A stretch of DNA of 64,000 bases from Candidatus Bathyarchaeota archaeon (GCA_963775465.1 CAVZIW010000004.1:128040-192039), one strand, 5' to 3'; positions 48,405-58,233 are shown, counted from the stretch's first letter. The notes: a model not told the origin generated them from the sequence alone. Translations and numbers: made by a program.

Positions 48405-48474
48405 AAAAAATGAGGGGAGCAAAGGGGAATTGTACCGTTGGGCAGGATGCAATCAATCTAGGCCCCCACTCACT
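48405..48474 (-). ncRNA. Candidate ~65-70 nt structured small RNA
   Basis: TTATA (48502-48498) about 25 nt upstream; terminal stem UGAG-U-GGGGGC/GCUCCCCUCA with nested stems; U6 tract at the 3' end. Confidence 0.45.
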
Positions 48475-48728
48475 TAACATAACACTGTTATTTGTTCTAT
48501 AAGAGCTTTGCCCCTTACACATACGGGTCTCCAAGCGTAAAACAACCAACATCTAACCAGCAATAATGCGAGGATAAAACCAACAACAACATAAAAAATC
48601 TTGATTTCCATAAAACGTGAACTCAACACCAAAAACACTGCGTAAATTCACGTATCTTTATGTCTTAGACACCACTAACCATAAAAGGATGAACAACGCA
48701 ATCAATGCGTGAGGCAAAAAGACAACAG

Positions 48729-48875
48729 ATGTCAATGAGAGACCCAGTTTGCGGCACAGTACTAGACGATAATACTGCAAAGTTCAAAATTACATATGAC
48801 GGAGAAACCATCCATTTCTGCAGCCTAGTCTGCAAAAAACGCTTCAAAAGACAACCAACAAAATACCTAAAATAA
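48729..48875 (+). CDS. YHS/TRASH-domain metal-binding microprotein (48 aa)
   Basis: Hand-translated MSMRDPVCGTVLDDNTAKFKITYDGETIHFCSLVCKKRFKRQPTKYLK. Confidence 0.88.
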   Translation: MSMRDPVCGTVLDDNTAKFKITYDGETIHFCSLVCKKRFKRQPTKYLK

Positions 48876-48902
48876 TAAAAATCCACCCAAATTATAACAT
48901 AC

Positions 48903-50213
48903 TCAGATTTTCTCGTCAACCGCAATATCCATCATCATAAAACCCGACACTAGTTTCGGATAAAAATCAGTGCTCTTTTCAGGCAAAAGTCCATGCTGCA
49001 ATGCAATTTCCGCTACCGTTTTAGCGCTAATTGGATTAACCAAAAAAGCAAGATCAGCTTCTCCACGATTAACTTTCTCTACAGCAACATCAGCCCAACG
49101 CACATAGAGAATGTCATCGTCCATAGATAGTTCACCAGTTTTGAGGATAAACTTGAAAACGATGTCCCGCAGTATAACAACATCAAAAATCTTGGTCTCT
49201 TTAGAGACAGTTTCATTCACAAATTCGTAAACTGCTTTATCATGCTTGAGAAGCAATCCATAAGCTTTGGAACCATCATAAACGCCAAAAGCATGCTCAG
49301 CTATGTGGTCTTTCAAAAAACTCTCTAACGCCTCAACAGATGGCGCAACATCCACAACGTCGAAGAAAAACTTGAAAGCATGAACCAAATCCTCCGTAAG
49401 CCGATAGTTTTTCAACAGTCTATGGGTAGGTAAAACAAGAAGACCCTTATCCTGAACCGGGACCAAATAACTCATATGAAAGTTAAACGCTGAATCTTCG
49501 GTCCAAGCGCCTTTGTTGCGCATCTCATCACGATAAGCCAAAGCACTCTCATAACGGTGGTGACCATCGTTTATCACCAAAGTCTTGTCTGCAAGGATTC
49601 CTTGAAGCTTTTTGATCTTCAAAGGGTCATTTACCTTCCAAACGGTGTGCTTAACGTTTAAAGCATCAACAGTTAGAATTATAGGCGGAGTTCTACATGC
49701 CTCCTCTATGAAAACCTCCGTCCTACACTCAGGATCTTGATACATTAAAAAAATGCATTCAAGATCTTTCTGCACGATGCGAAGCATTTTTAATCGATCA
49801 GCTTTGGGTGCACTGTAAGTTGCTTCATGAGGATAAACTATGTTTTCACTGTAGGGATACAAACGAAGAGCTGCAATTATGCCAGTTCGCTGGTATTTTA
49901 CGCCATCTAATCTAAATTCTTGCCGTGAAACAAAAATGGTCGGTTGAGTTTCTTTTTCTATTATTCCTTCTTTGAGCCACTTAGTAATGCGTTGACCTGC
50001 CATTTCGTACTTGTTACCTTCAAGAGGCAAAATTAGGCGGCAATAGTTGTAAAGCGATTTTTCATAGTACTCTTTTTGCATCTGAAGATCGATTTTATCA
50101 TATGGCTGAGTAATAAGATCCTCTACGTCTCCTGCCTTGCTTGTGTATGTTATAGCTTTGAAAGGTCGAACGTCAACCAAACCAGTCAACTCACTTTTTT
50201 TCCAACGCATCAA
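48903..50213 (-). CDS. DUF1015 family protein (true start probably slightly downstream)
   Basis: VRPFKAITY, QPYDKI, PHEAT, INDGHHRYESAL, PTHRLL, PEKSTDFYPK. Confidence 0.9.
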   Translation of the reverse strand: MMRWKKSELTGLVDVRPFKAITYTSKAGDVEDLITQPYDKIDLQMQKEYYEKSLYNYCRLILPLEGNKYEMAGQRITKWLKEGIIEKETQPTIFVSRQEFRLDGVKYQRTGIIAALRLYPYSENIVYPHEATYSAPKADRLKMLRIVQKDLECIFLMYQDPECRTEVFIEEACRTPPIILTVDALNVKHTVWKVNDPLKIKKLQGILADKTLVINDGHHRYESALAYRDEMRNKGAWTEDSAFNFHMSYLVPVQDKGLLVLPTHRLLKNYRLTEDLVHAFKFFFDVVDVAPSVEALESFLKDHIAEHAFGVYDGSKAYGLLLKHDKAVYEFVNETVSKETKIFDVVILRDIVFKFILKTGELSMDDDILYVRWADVAVEKVNRGEADLAFLVNPISAKTVAEIALQHGLLPEKSTDFYPKLVSGFMMMDIAVDEKI

Positions 50214-51099
50214 TAACGGATTCAGCTATCTGAATGCTAGCTTTAAGCTGCGCTTCACGAGTTTGGGCACCCATATGCGGAGTAGCAATAACATTATCTA
50301 AGGTTAACAATTTGCTGTTGTTTGGGGGTTCTTCCTCAAACACATCCAACGCTGCACCAGCAACCTTACCAGATACAATAGCTCGATAGAGAGCTTCCTG
50401 ATCTACTACGCCACCACGAGAGCAATCGATCAACATAACGCCTCTTTTCATAAGTTCAAACTCTTTTACAGAAATCATATGATAAGTACGCGGAGTAAGG
50501 GGAACATGAATCGTAATAAAATCAGCTTTAGGCAACATCTCATTAAGCGAAACAAAACGGTCAAAAACACATTCCTCAACGGGAATTACTTGCATGCCAA
50601 GAGCTATTGCCAAACGCTCCACATCCTTGCCAATATACCCACAGCCAATAACACCCAAAGTCTTGCCGCTGACTTCAATACCCATCAATTCTTCCTTTTG
50701 CCATTTGCCTTGCCGCAGACTAGTTGTTCCCTGAACAATATTCCGAGCCAACGCCAAGATGTAGCCAATAGTTAATTCTGCAACACTTACAAAAGAAACA
50801 TGCGGTGTATTGATGAGCGTAATCCCCAATGCCTTAGCCTTCTCGTAGTCAACGTTATCTAAACCTTCGCCTGCACGCCCGATTACCCGTAGGTTCTTAG
50901 CATTATCTAAAAAGTCATCTCCAACTTTGGTAGCGGACCTTACAATCATAGCATCATAGGCACTAATAATTTTAGGCAAATCAGCTTTGGGCATGTCCCA
51001 TGCACAAGTAACTTGATAGCCTTTTGCTTCAAGAATTTCAATGCCTTCATAAAATATTCTGTCGGTAATGAGAATTTTAATGGTCACTATAGTCCCCAA
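50191..51099 (-). CDS. serA: D-3-phosphoglycerate dehydrogenase
   Basis: VRSATKV, GRAGEGLDNVD, GVIGCGYIG, HVPLTPRT, ALDVFEEEP, TPHMGAQT. Confidence 0.88.
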   Translation of the reverse strand: MGTIVTIKILITDRIFYEGIEILEAKGYQVTCAWDMPKADLPKIISAYDAMIVRSATKVGDDFLDNAKNLRVIGRAGEGLDNVDYEKAKALGITLINTPHVSFVSVAELTIGYILALARNIVQGTTSLRQGKWQKEELMGIEVSGKTLGVIGCGYIGKDVERLAIALGMQVIPVEECVFDRFVSLNEMLPKADFITIHVPLTPRTYHMISVKEFELMKRGVMLIDCSRGGVVDQEALYRAIVSGKVAGAALDVFEEEPPNNSKLLTLDNVIATPHMGAQTREAQLKASIQIAESVIDALEKK

Positions 51100-52160
51100 A
51101 TCTGATCAATTAAATGTATCACTTCTTTGATTCCAGCCAGGTTCCATTCGCCCATATGCCCGATACGGAAGGTTTTCTCAGCCAATTTACCGTAGCCACC
51201 TGAAATCATATAACCCTTCTCCGCCAACTTTTGATTAAGCTCCTTGACGTTCCTGCCTAATGTGTTACACACACAACTCACAGTTATAGATTCATAGCCC
51301 TCTTCGGGGAACATAGCAAAATGTTTCCTTGCCCACTGTTGTGTATAAGTTGCCATATCTTTATGTCGCTTGTACACTATGTCATATGTTTCTTCCAAAA
51401 GCAAATCCATCCGTTTATCTAGGGCATACAGAAGTGAAATGCATGGTGTAAACGGAGTTTGGTGCTTCTTTTCAAACTCAAATATATCCACAAGATCGGT
51501 ATATGAGCCTCTGTTGGGAACCTCATTAGCGCGTTGAATTGCTTGCTCAGACACAAGTGCCACTGCTAATCCAGGGGGTAACGCAAAACATTTCTGCGTA
51601 GAACCAAAAACTATATCACAATTCATCTCCGAAGGCAAAGTTTTATCGCCTGCCATCGATGAAACAGCATCTACAGCAAAGACAATATCGGGGTATTCTT
51701 TTTTCACCATTTTGCCGATTTCCGCAATTGGATTTCGCACACCCGTAGATGTCTCATTATGACAAACTGACAATGTGTCATATTTACCGCTGGCAAGTTT
51801 CTCTGCAACCATATCAGGTTTTATTGCTTTACCCATTTCAACTTCTATGATATCGGTTTCTCTGCCGCATGCCAATAAAGTTTGAGCACTTCGCTTAGAA
51901 AAGGCACCGTTTACGCATGCCAATGCTTTCTGTTTTACAATGCTTCTGCCGATAATGTCAAACCACAAGGTTCCAGATGAAGTAGTAATGGTTGGTTTGA
52001 AGTCCGATGGTAACTGAAAGAATTCTGTTAGTTTATCGGTTATTCCCCCGTATAAATCAGAAAACTGTTTTTCTCTGTGACCAATCATATAATGAGTTTG
52101 TTCATTTAGTAACTCTTTACTTACTTCGGTTGGACCAGGAATCAAAAGTTTCTTGTGCAT
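51087..52160 (-). CDS. Class V PLP aminotransferase (probable phosphoserine aminotransferase role)
   Basis: LLIPGPTEV, HNETSTG, VDAVSS, STQKCFALPPG, FRIGHMG; operon with serA and DUF1015. Confidence 0.88.
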   Translation of the reverse strand: MHKKLLIPGPTEVSKELLNEQTHYMIGHREKQFSDLYGGITDKLTEFFQLPSDFKPTITTSSGTLWFDIIGRSIVKQKALACVNGAFSKRSAQTLLACGRETDIIEVEMGKAIKPDMVAEKLASGKYDTLSVCHNETSTGVRNPIAEIGKMVKKEYPDIVFAVDAVSSMAGDKTLPSEMNCDIVFGSTQKCFALPPGLAVALVSEQAIQRANEVPNRGSYTDLVDIFEFEKKHQTPFTPCISLLYALDKRMDLLLEETYDIVYKRHKDMATYTQQWARKHFAMFPEEGYESITVSCVCNTLGRNVKELNQKLAEKGYMISGGYGKLAEKTFRIGHMGEWNLAGIKEVIHLIDQIWGL

Positions 52161-52438
52161 GAGTAAGCCTTCAGCAACAAAGGTTAAGGCTTAAAATATA
52201 AGGCTTATGTGGAGAAAAACAGGGGATTAAATCGTCAAAAAAGCCTTAAAGCAATTTTAAATACAATCAACAGCTTTCTCACTAGACAAAAAACATATTT
52301 TACCTATAAAAAACCAATATTTAGAAAAAATTCTTGAAGAGAGCCTATTACTCTTCTTTTTGGGAATATGTCGAGTTTAACAATTTCCTTCTTAAGGCAC
52401 AATCACAAAACAAGATCTGAGAAGAAAGGAGAAGCTTC

Positions 52439-52789
52439 ATGTACAGGATAAAGCTAGATATGCTTCCAAGCTACATAATCGTACTAATGGGCACTATCGA
52501 CGCCCTAACCACAGTCATCGGAACTCTTTACTTTGGAGCCACTGAATTAAACCCTTTAATGACTAGCATAATAAATACAAATATTGCCGGCTTCTTGATC
52601 CTAAAACTTCTGGCAAGTTTCTGCATTGGAGGGACATACGTTCTTGTGAAACGCATTTTAAACGATGCTACAGATAAAAGCAGTAAAACCTACAAATACG
52701 AAAGCAGATTAATGAAAATTGCTTACACTATCGTAATTGTATCCTTAATTATAGTTGTCACAAATAACTTAGTCGTACTCTTAACCTAA
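52439..52789 (+). CDS. DUF5658-like membrane protein
   Basis: DALTT...GATELNPLM...VVTNN. Confidence 0.7.
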   Translation: MYRIKLDMLPSYIIVLMGTIDALTTVIGTLYFGATELNPLMTSIINTNIAGFLILKLLASFCIGGTYVLVKRILNDATDKSSKTYKYESRLMKIAYTIVIVSLIIVVTNNLVVLLT

Positions 52790-52966
52790 ACCGGCTCTTT
52801 AATTCTAATTTTGACATTTTATCTCTAAGAGAAAAGTGGAAAACTCTCAAAAAACAGAAGATACTAACCTGGAAAACACAAATCAAATATGCATGTACAA
52901 ACAAACTTAAAATATACAACTCAAAAGAAAGAAACGCTTAACTGTTAAACTCCAAATAATAACGGG

Positions 52967-53530
52967 TTGAGAGAACAAAAAATGCCATTCAATCTATTCC
53001 GCAAGAATAAACAGTCTGAACAGGAAAAACCAACCATGACGCCGCAAGAAGAATCAGTCGAGTCTAATTCAGAAGAATCACAGCCTGAACAAGTCTTTGT
53101 ACCTCAAGATGCAACATCAGAAACAACTGAATCACCTCCCGAGCCAACCTCAGAACCAGAAGCACCCGCCCTAGAACAACCACGACCAACCGATACACTC
53201 GCTGACGAACAAAATCAAGAAATCGAGCAACCACCAAACAAAACCTACCTAAAAGCGATGCCTCTCAAAGAACTCTCAGACCTTGAAAACATAAAAAAGG
53301 AAGTTACAAACGGCAACATAATAATTCTGAAGGTTGTACCACTGGCAACAAAAAGCATCGAGGATGTAAAGAACGCAGTAAACGAATTGTTTTTGTTCAC
53401 GGAATCAATAGGCGGCGACATTGCACGTCTGGGAGAAGAACGTATTGTTATCTGCCCGAAAACCGTGAGAATTTGGAGAGAAAAAACTCCAAAGCCAACA
53501 TCAAACGAAAAACTACCTACAGCAGCCTGA
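52967..53530 (+). CDS. sepF: SepF-family cell division protein with acidic Pro/Glu-rich linker
   Basis: IKKEVTNGNIIILKV...IGGDIARLGEERIVICPKTVRI SepF core; likely start MPFNLFRK at 52982. Confidence 0.8.
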   Translation: MREQKMPFNLFRKNKQSEQEKPTMTPQEESVESNSEESQPEQVFVPQDATSETTESPPEPTSEPEAPALEQPRPTDTLADEQNQEIEQPPNKTYLKAMPLKELSDLENIKKEVTNGNIIILKVVPLATKSIEDVKNAVNELFLFTESIGGDIARLGEERIVICPKTVRIWREKTPKPTSNEKLPTAA

Positions 53531-55442
53531 AAGTTTCCAGTATAGCTGGAACTATGGTATTTATACCTGCTTTATTGTCCAAAAAATTAGCAAAACCCAT
53601 AGTTTTCTGCTTTTCACCATGGACAACAAAGATGCGCTCCGGCTTCGGATTTAGATGAGTTAAATAATTTACCAATTGGCGTCTATCAGAGTGCCCTGAA
53701 AAACCTTCAATTGATTCAACCTGCATTTTTACTGAGAGCGCCGCCATTTTACCTTCATTATCCATCATGGTTACTTCACCAATACCTTTCTGGACACGTT
53801 TACCCATAGTACCTTCAATCTGGTAGCTGACAAAAATAATCGTATTACGCTCATCATTTGCCCAATTCTTAAAGTATTCAATGACAGGACCGCCTTCAAG
53901 CATACCTGAAGTTGCCAACACAATACATGGCTCACCATCAATTATACTTTGACGAACGCTAGGGTGTTCAACAATAGTAAAGTAGTCTGACTGGAAAGGG
54001 TTAATCTCTTCATGCAAAATGCTATGACGCACTTCCCTACCCAAATATTCGGGATAAGCAGTATGGATGGCCGTTGCTTCACTTATCATGCCCTCAATGA
54101 AAATGGGAGCTTCCTTCATTAAACCACGCTTCATGTAATCATCGATTATAAGCATGATTTCCTGTGCCCTACCCACAGCAGGAACTGGAATCAGAACCTT
54201 ACCCTTCCGCTCCAACGTTTGGTTAACTATACGTGTTATAGCTTCCTCGGCTTCAACGCGACTAGGCATAAAATCATCCGAACCACTGTAAGTGCTTTCA
54301 GTGATGACTGTTTCGATACGTGGAAACTCAGTTGCCGCCGCCTCCAAAAGCATCGTACGCGCAAACTTGTAGTCGCTGGTGTAAACAATATTGTGCAAAC
54401 CTTCACCAATATGAAGATGAACCATAGCGCCACCCAAGATATGTCCAGAATTATGCAGAGTTAAACGCATGTCTGGAGCAATATCGGTAACAACACCATA
54501 CCTAAGCGGAATCGTGTGCAAAACACATTCACGAACGTCTTTTTGATCATAAACCGGAGTAACACCCTGCTTGCCGGCAACATCAAGATAATCAAGCTGA
54601 AGCATAGTCATCAAATTACTCGTCGGCGCAGTACAATATACTGGACCATCGTAACCATACTTATACAAAAACGGAGTTAAACCACAATGATCCAAATGAG
54701 CATGACTAACTACAACAGCATCCAAAGAGTCTATTTGAAATTCGGGACAATCAAACCGCGGAAAACCTTCAAAAGGTCTATTTGAACCAGGATTGATCCC
54801 GCAATCAAGCAAAACACTACTTTCACGTGTCTTAACCAAGAAACACGAACGCCCAACTTCCTGCGCACCACCCAAAACAGTCAAACGTATATCGCCAACA
54901 TCAAATATTTTAGGCCGAAAAATGCGCTCTCCAACAGTACGCAAAATGCGTTCGCGCTCTTTGCTTTCTGAATGAAGATAGTGACGCATGTGAGTAACAA
55001 TCTTAGATTTAATCGGTGGACTCCGCAAGACATGCGGACGCCATTTGGTTTTCTTTATGATTTCCTGCAAAACCGCACCATTTCTACCGATAACTAAACC
55101 TGGCTTTTTAGTCTCGATAATTATTTCTCCAAGGCTAGGATCAAAGTTAATGTCAGTTATTTCAGCCTCAGAAGGAATGAGTTCACGAGTGATCTTTTCA
55201 GCTTCCACTTCAGGGATACGCACCGAAGGATCAGGCCGAATAACAATGCGTTTACGAATTACGCCCACAATTTCTGCAACGATACTGCTATGATCAACCA
55301 AAATCTCAGGACGTTTGGTATAAACCGCAAGCATAGGACCCTCATATTCAATCCGAGTAACCTCTGCTTCACGGGGAACTTTTTGAAGAATAATTTGACT
55401 AATTTCTATTTTTTCGTTGCGTTTATCTTGTGTTCGAGCCAC
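53517..55442 (-). CDS. fttA: Archaeal beta-CASP ribonuclease aCPSF1 (transcription termination factor)
   Basis: Two KH domains, GGAQEVGRS, HAHLDH, GHILG, GFSGHSD, VHGE. Confidence 0.97.
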   Translation of the reverse strand: MARTQDKRNEKIEISQIILQKVPREAEVTRIEYEGPMLAVYTKRPEILVDHSSIVAEIVGVIRKRIVIRPDPSVRIPEVEAEKITRELIPSEAEITDINFDPSLGEIIIETKKPGLVIGRNGAVLQEIIKKTKWRPHVLRSPPIKSKIVTHMRHYLHSESKERERILRTVGERIFRPKIFDVGDIRLTVLGGAQEVGRSCFLVKTRESSVLLDCGINPGSNRPFEGFPRFDCPEFQIDSLDAVVVSHAHLDHCGLTPFLYKYGYDGPVYCTAPTSNLMTMLQLDYLDVAGKQGVTPVYDQKDVRECVLHTIPLRYGVVTDIAPDMRLTLHNSGHILGGAMVHLHIGEGLHNIVYTSDYKFARTMLLEAAATEFPRIETVITESTYSGSDDFMPSRVEAEEAITRIVNQTLERKGKVLIPVPAVGRAQEIMLIIDDYMKRGLMKEAPIFIEGMISEATAIHTAYPEYLGREVRHSILHEEINPFQSDYFTIVEHPSVRQSIIDGEPCIVLATSGMLEGGPVIEYFKNWANDERNTIIFVSYQIEGTMGKRVQKGIGEVTMMDNEGKMAALSVKMQVESIEGFSGHSDRRQLVNYLTHLNPKPERIFVVHGEKQKTMGFANFLDNKAGINTIVPAILETFRLL

Positions 55443-55447
55443 ATCAG

Positions 55448-56089
55448 TTAACTTCCTGCTTTGAGGAGACTACTTTTCTCCTCATCCGATAATTCCTTGT
55501 AGCCATTGTTGTCGATAACGATGATGTTGTAGCTGTTACCAGAAGCAACATCCCGCTTCATGGCAGCATTAACTGCTCTAGCAATAATGGGTAAGAGCTC
55601 ATCAATAGTCATACCTTCATGATACTTATCTTCAAGAATGCCGTAAGCAATCGGGGAGCCAGAACCGGTAGAGACAGATTTTTCTTCAGTTAAACTCCCA
55701 TACGGATCTAAATTGTAAACGTGTGGACCTGTTTCGTCAATTCCACCGACCAACACCTGCGTTGCCAAAGGAATGTATCGAGCAGAGAAAAGCAAGTTTG
55801 CAACTAGCCTCGCTGCCGAACTGATGGGTATAGGGCGATTTAGGTTTATTTTGTAGAGACGAGCATTAGCAGTTAAGATGTCAACTACACGTTGGGCATC
55901 GGCAACTGTTCCAGCAATGGTCATACCAATGTGATCATCGATTTTGTAAACTTTTTTGCCTGCTTTATGCGCAACATAATACCCCATTGTGACCCGGGTG
56001 TCTGATGCTAAAATTACACCGTCTTTACAGACAACACCCATCGTTGTAGTTCCCTTTAACACTAGTTGGTCAATTGTATTTTGTGACAT
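55448..56089 (-). CDS. psmB: Proteasome beta subunit
   Basis: Propeptide-KG/TTT, ASDTR, GSGS, RDVASG; conserved adjacency to aCPSF1. Confidence 0.97.
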   Translation of the reverse strand: MSQNTIDQLVLKGTTTMGVVCKDGVILASDTRVTMGYYVAHKAGKKVYKIDDHIGMTIAGTVADAQRVVDILTANARLYKINLNRPIPISSAARLVANLLFSARYIPLATQVLVGGIDETGPHVYNLDPYGSLTEEKSVSTGSGSPIAYGILEDKYHEGMTIDELLPIIARAVNAAMKRDVASGNSYNIIVIDNNGYKELSDEEKSSLLKAGS

Positions 56090-56560
56090 AGTTTTGTACT
56101 CCTAAAACTCCGTTTGCGGAATGCCATCCAATAGGAAGTAGCACCATGTAATCTTTCCGAGCACCTAATTAATATTTCGCCAGTATGCAGATAGAAAATA
56201 GTTATTGACCTGAAGCTTTTTTCAGCCCAAACATAACCAGAAGGCCAAACATCAAGCGCTTTTAGTTCTTCTAATCTGCCAAAATTAAACCTTCTAAATT
56301 ATCTAATAGAAGAGCAAAATCTCCAGAAAAATTTTGTAATCTTAGACTCAAAAAGATGCCCCTCTGTTGACGGAAAGGTTGGAGCAACAGCAAGAAATTT
56401 CAAAGTGTTGTTCTAGCAGACAAACTAATTATCGGATAAACAAATGATGACGATGATTATAGAAACACATTTTGCACAAAAATGTCATTCAACTTTCTCA
56501 GAAAAAATCAAAGGAACACTATAACCCAACAACCCAAGATAAGAGAAAAAAGAAGATTGC

Positions 56561-56731
56561 TTAAACAAACGAACGCTGATAACACTCTTCATGCCGCATT
56601 GAGGTACCCTTTCGAGAAGCAACACGCTGCCCCTCAACAATGGGCTGATGACAAATAACACAGAAAACGCAACCCCGTTTTTGCATGCGAATTAGGAGTC
56701 TATGGTTTATTACATAATGGTTTAACGCCAT
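56561..56731 (-). CDS. 56-aa zinc-finger microprotein
   Basis: Hand-translated MALNHYVINHRLLIRMQKRGCVFCVICHQPIVEGQRVASRKGTSMRHEECYQRSFV (CxxC...HxxC); GGAG upstream. Confidence 0.7.
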   Translation of the reverse strand: MALNHYVINHRLLIRMQKRGCVFCVICHQPIVEGQRVASRKGTSMRHEECYQRSFV

Positions 56732-56784
56732 GCCACACATCTCTCCTTGCTCTTGATTGAATCACCATCAATAAAATGCTTTTT

Positions 56785-56829
56785 CGTAAAATTTCTTTGA
56801 CTAAACTTAGTCAAACTTTCTTGACTAAA
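56785..56829. promoter_or_regulatory. Tandem palindromic operator array (copy B)
   Basis: TCGTAAA-N6-TTGACTAA-AC-TTAGTCAA-N6-TTGACTAAA. Confidence 0.6.
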
Positions 56830-56885
56830 TAAAAACCGCCTACAGCTCGCAAAGTTTTTATCCAAGCAATAAGTTTTGGATGGCT

Positions 56886-56955
56886 AATTGGCGGGTGAGT
56901 GTGTCTCATGCCCGTTCCGCCAACAAAAAAATAAATCCCGGGAGAAAAGAGACAA
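56886..56955 (+). promoter_or_regulatory. Structured 5' leader of queT-queC; candidate translational riboswitch
   Basis: P1 TTGGCGG/CCGCCAA; loop CCCG and TGTCTC complementary to CGGG and GAGACA around the RBS; A-rich linker; TATA-like TTTTTATC at 56855..56862. Confidence 0.55.
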
Positions 56956-57459
56956 ATGTCCAATAAAATAAGTTCAAAAAGCCTAGCTTTAATTGCAATC
57001 TACGCTGCACTCTACGCAGCACTTGTAGTTGGTTTTGGAGGAATCTCTTATGGACCTGGCCAAGTCCGAATCGCAGACTCAATGATTGCCACCGTGCCCC
57101 TATTGGGTATAGCAGGAGTTCTCGGCCATACACTCGGCGTGTTTGTCGCAAACATTTTTTCGACAGCAGGCCCCTTAGATTTGCTTAATACCATTCCATC
57201 TTTTGCCATGTCATTTGTAGTCTACTACGTATACAAGAAAACTCAAAATGACTACACTGTAATCGGAACATGCATAGCATACTCAGCTGTTCTAGGAATA
57301 ACTGTAGGCTGGATGCTATCATACGTATTCGGTGCACCCCTACTTCCAACCATGCTATATGTAACCTTAGGAAACACAATAGCCAGCGTCCTCATCGGAT
57401 GGCCAGTCTTTAAAGTTCTAAAGAAAACAGGCATATTCCAAAAATGGTTTCCAAAATGA
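56956..57459 (+). CDS. queT: QueT-family (COG4708) 7-deazaguanine precursor transporter component
   Basis: AIYAALYAAL...ISYGPGQVRIAD...GHTLGVFVANIFS..GPLD. Confidence 0.85.
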   Translation: MSNKISSKSLALIAIYAALYAALVVGFGGISYGPGQVRIADSMIATVPLLGIAGVLGHTLGVFVANIFSTAGPLDLLNTIPSFAMSFVVYYVYKKTQNDYTVIGTCIAYSAVLGITVGWMLSYVFGAPLLPTMLYVTLGNTIASVLIGWPVFKVLKKTGIFQKWFPK

Positions 57460-57468
57460 GGAAAAGCC

Positions 57469-58125
57469 ATGAAACAAACACAAAAAGCAGTAATCGTTCT
57501 TAGCGGCGGACCAGACTCCGCCACAGTTGCCTACTGGTCAAAACAGCAAGGCTACCAAATTTACCCCATAACCTTCAAATACGGACAAATCGCCGTCAAA
57601 GAAACCAAAGCCGCCCAAAAAATCGCCCACACACTTGACACATCAACAAAAATAATCGACCTCTCAGCCCTCAAAGACATCTTCAGCAAAACAACCTCCC
57701 TAGTCAACCCAGACATACCACTAACAACCGAATTCAGCACACCAATAATTGTCCCCTTCCGAAACGCCATCTTCCTCTCCGCCGCAGTAGCATACGCAGT
57801 CACCCTTAAAGCAACCAAAATCTTCTATGGCGCCCAAAGCTCAGACGAACCCTTCTACCCCGACTGCCGACGCGAATTCTACCAAGCCTTCGAAAAAGCC
57901 GCACAACTAGGAACCTGCGAAGACATCACCATCCAAGCTCCCTTTAGCAAACTAACCAAAACCCAACTAATCAAAAAAGGCGCAAAACTAGGCGTACCCT
58001 TCGAACTCACATGGTCCTGCTACCTTGACGACGCCAAACACTGCGGAAAATGCGAATCCTGCATCAACCGAAAAAAAGCCTTCCAACAAGCAGCAATCCC
58101 AGACCCAACAATTTACCAAACATAA
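57469..58125 (+). CDS. queC: 7-cyano-7-deazaguanine (preQ0) synthase
   Basis: LSGGPDS, YGQ, VPFRNAIFL, YPDCR, TWSCY, CGKCESC. Confidence 0.96.
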   Translation: MKQTQKAVIVLSGGPDSATVAYWSKQQGYQIYPITFKYGQIAVKETKAAQKIAHTLDTSTKIIDLSALKDIFSKTTSLVNPDIPLTTEFSTPIIVPFRNAIFLSAAVAYAVTLKATKIFYGAQSSDEPFYPDCRREFYQAFEKAAQLGTCEDITIQAPFSKLTKTQLIKKGAKLGVPFELTWSCYLDDAKHCGKCESCINRKKAFQQAAIPDPTIYQT

Positions 58126-58233
58126 ACGCATAACCCCGAGAAGATGCTGCTGACGCTGCTGCAACAACGTTTTGAATTTCAACTGTTGCATCTACAACAC
58201 ACAAACTAATATCCACAAAATACCAGACCTAAA

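Noticed and set aside
32900-48700. Integron-like cassette array in the small-ORF accessory region
   Set aside because: ORFs have mixed orientations, no paired RYYYAAC...GTTRRRY attC boundaries were found, and no integrase is present.
56640-56660. GCTGATGAC resembling the fluoride riboswitch 3' motif or a C/D box C
   Set aside because: The upstream GAUGG-type helix and a matching D box are missing, and the sequence is the antisense of codons in the 56-aa Zn-finger gene.
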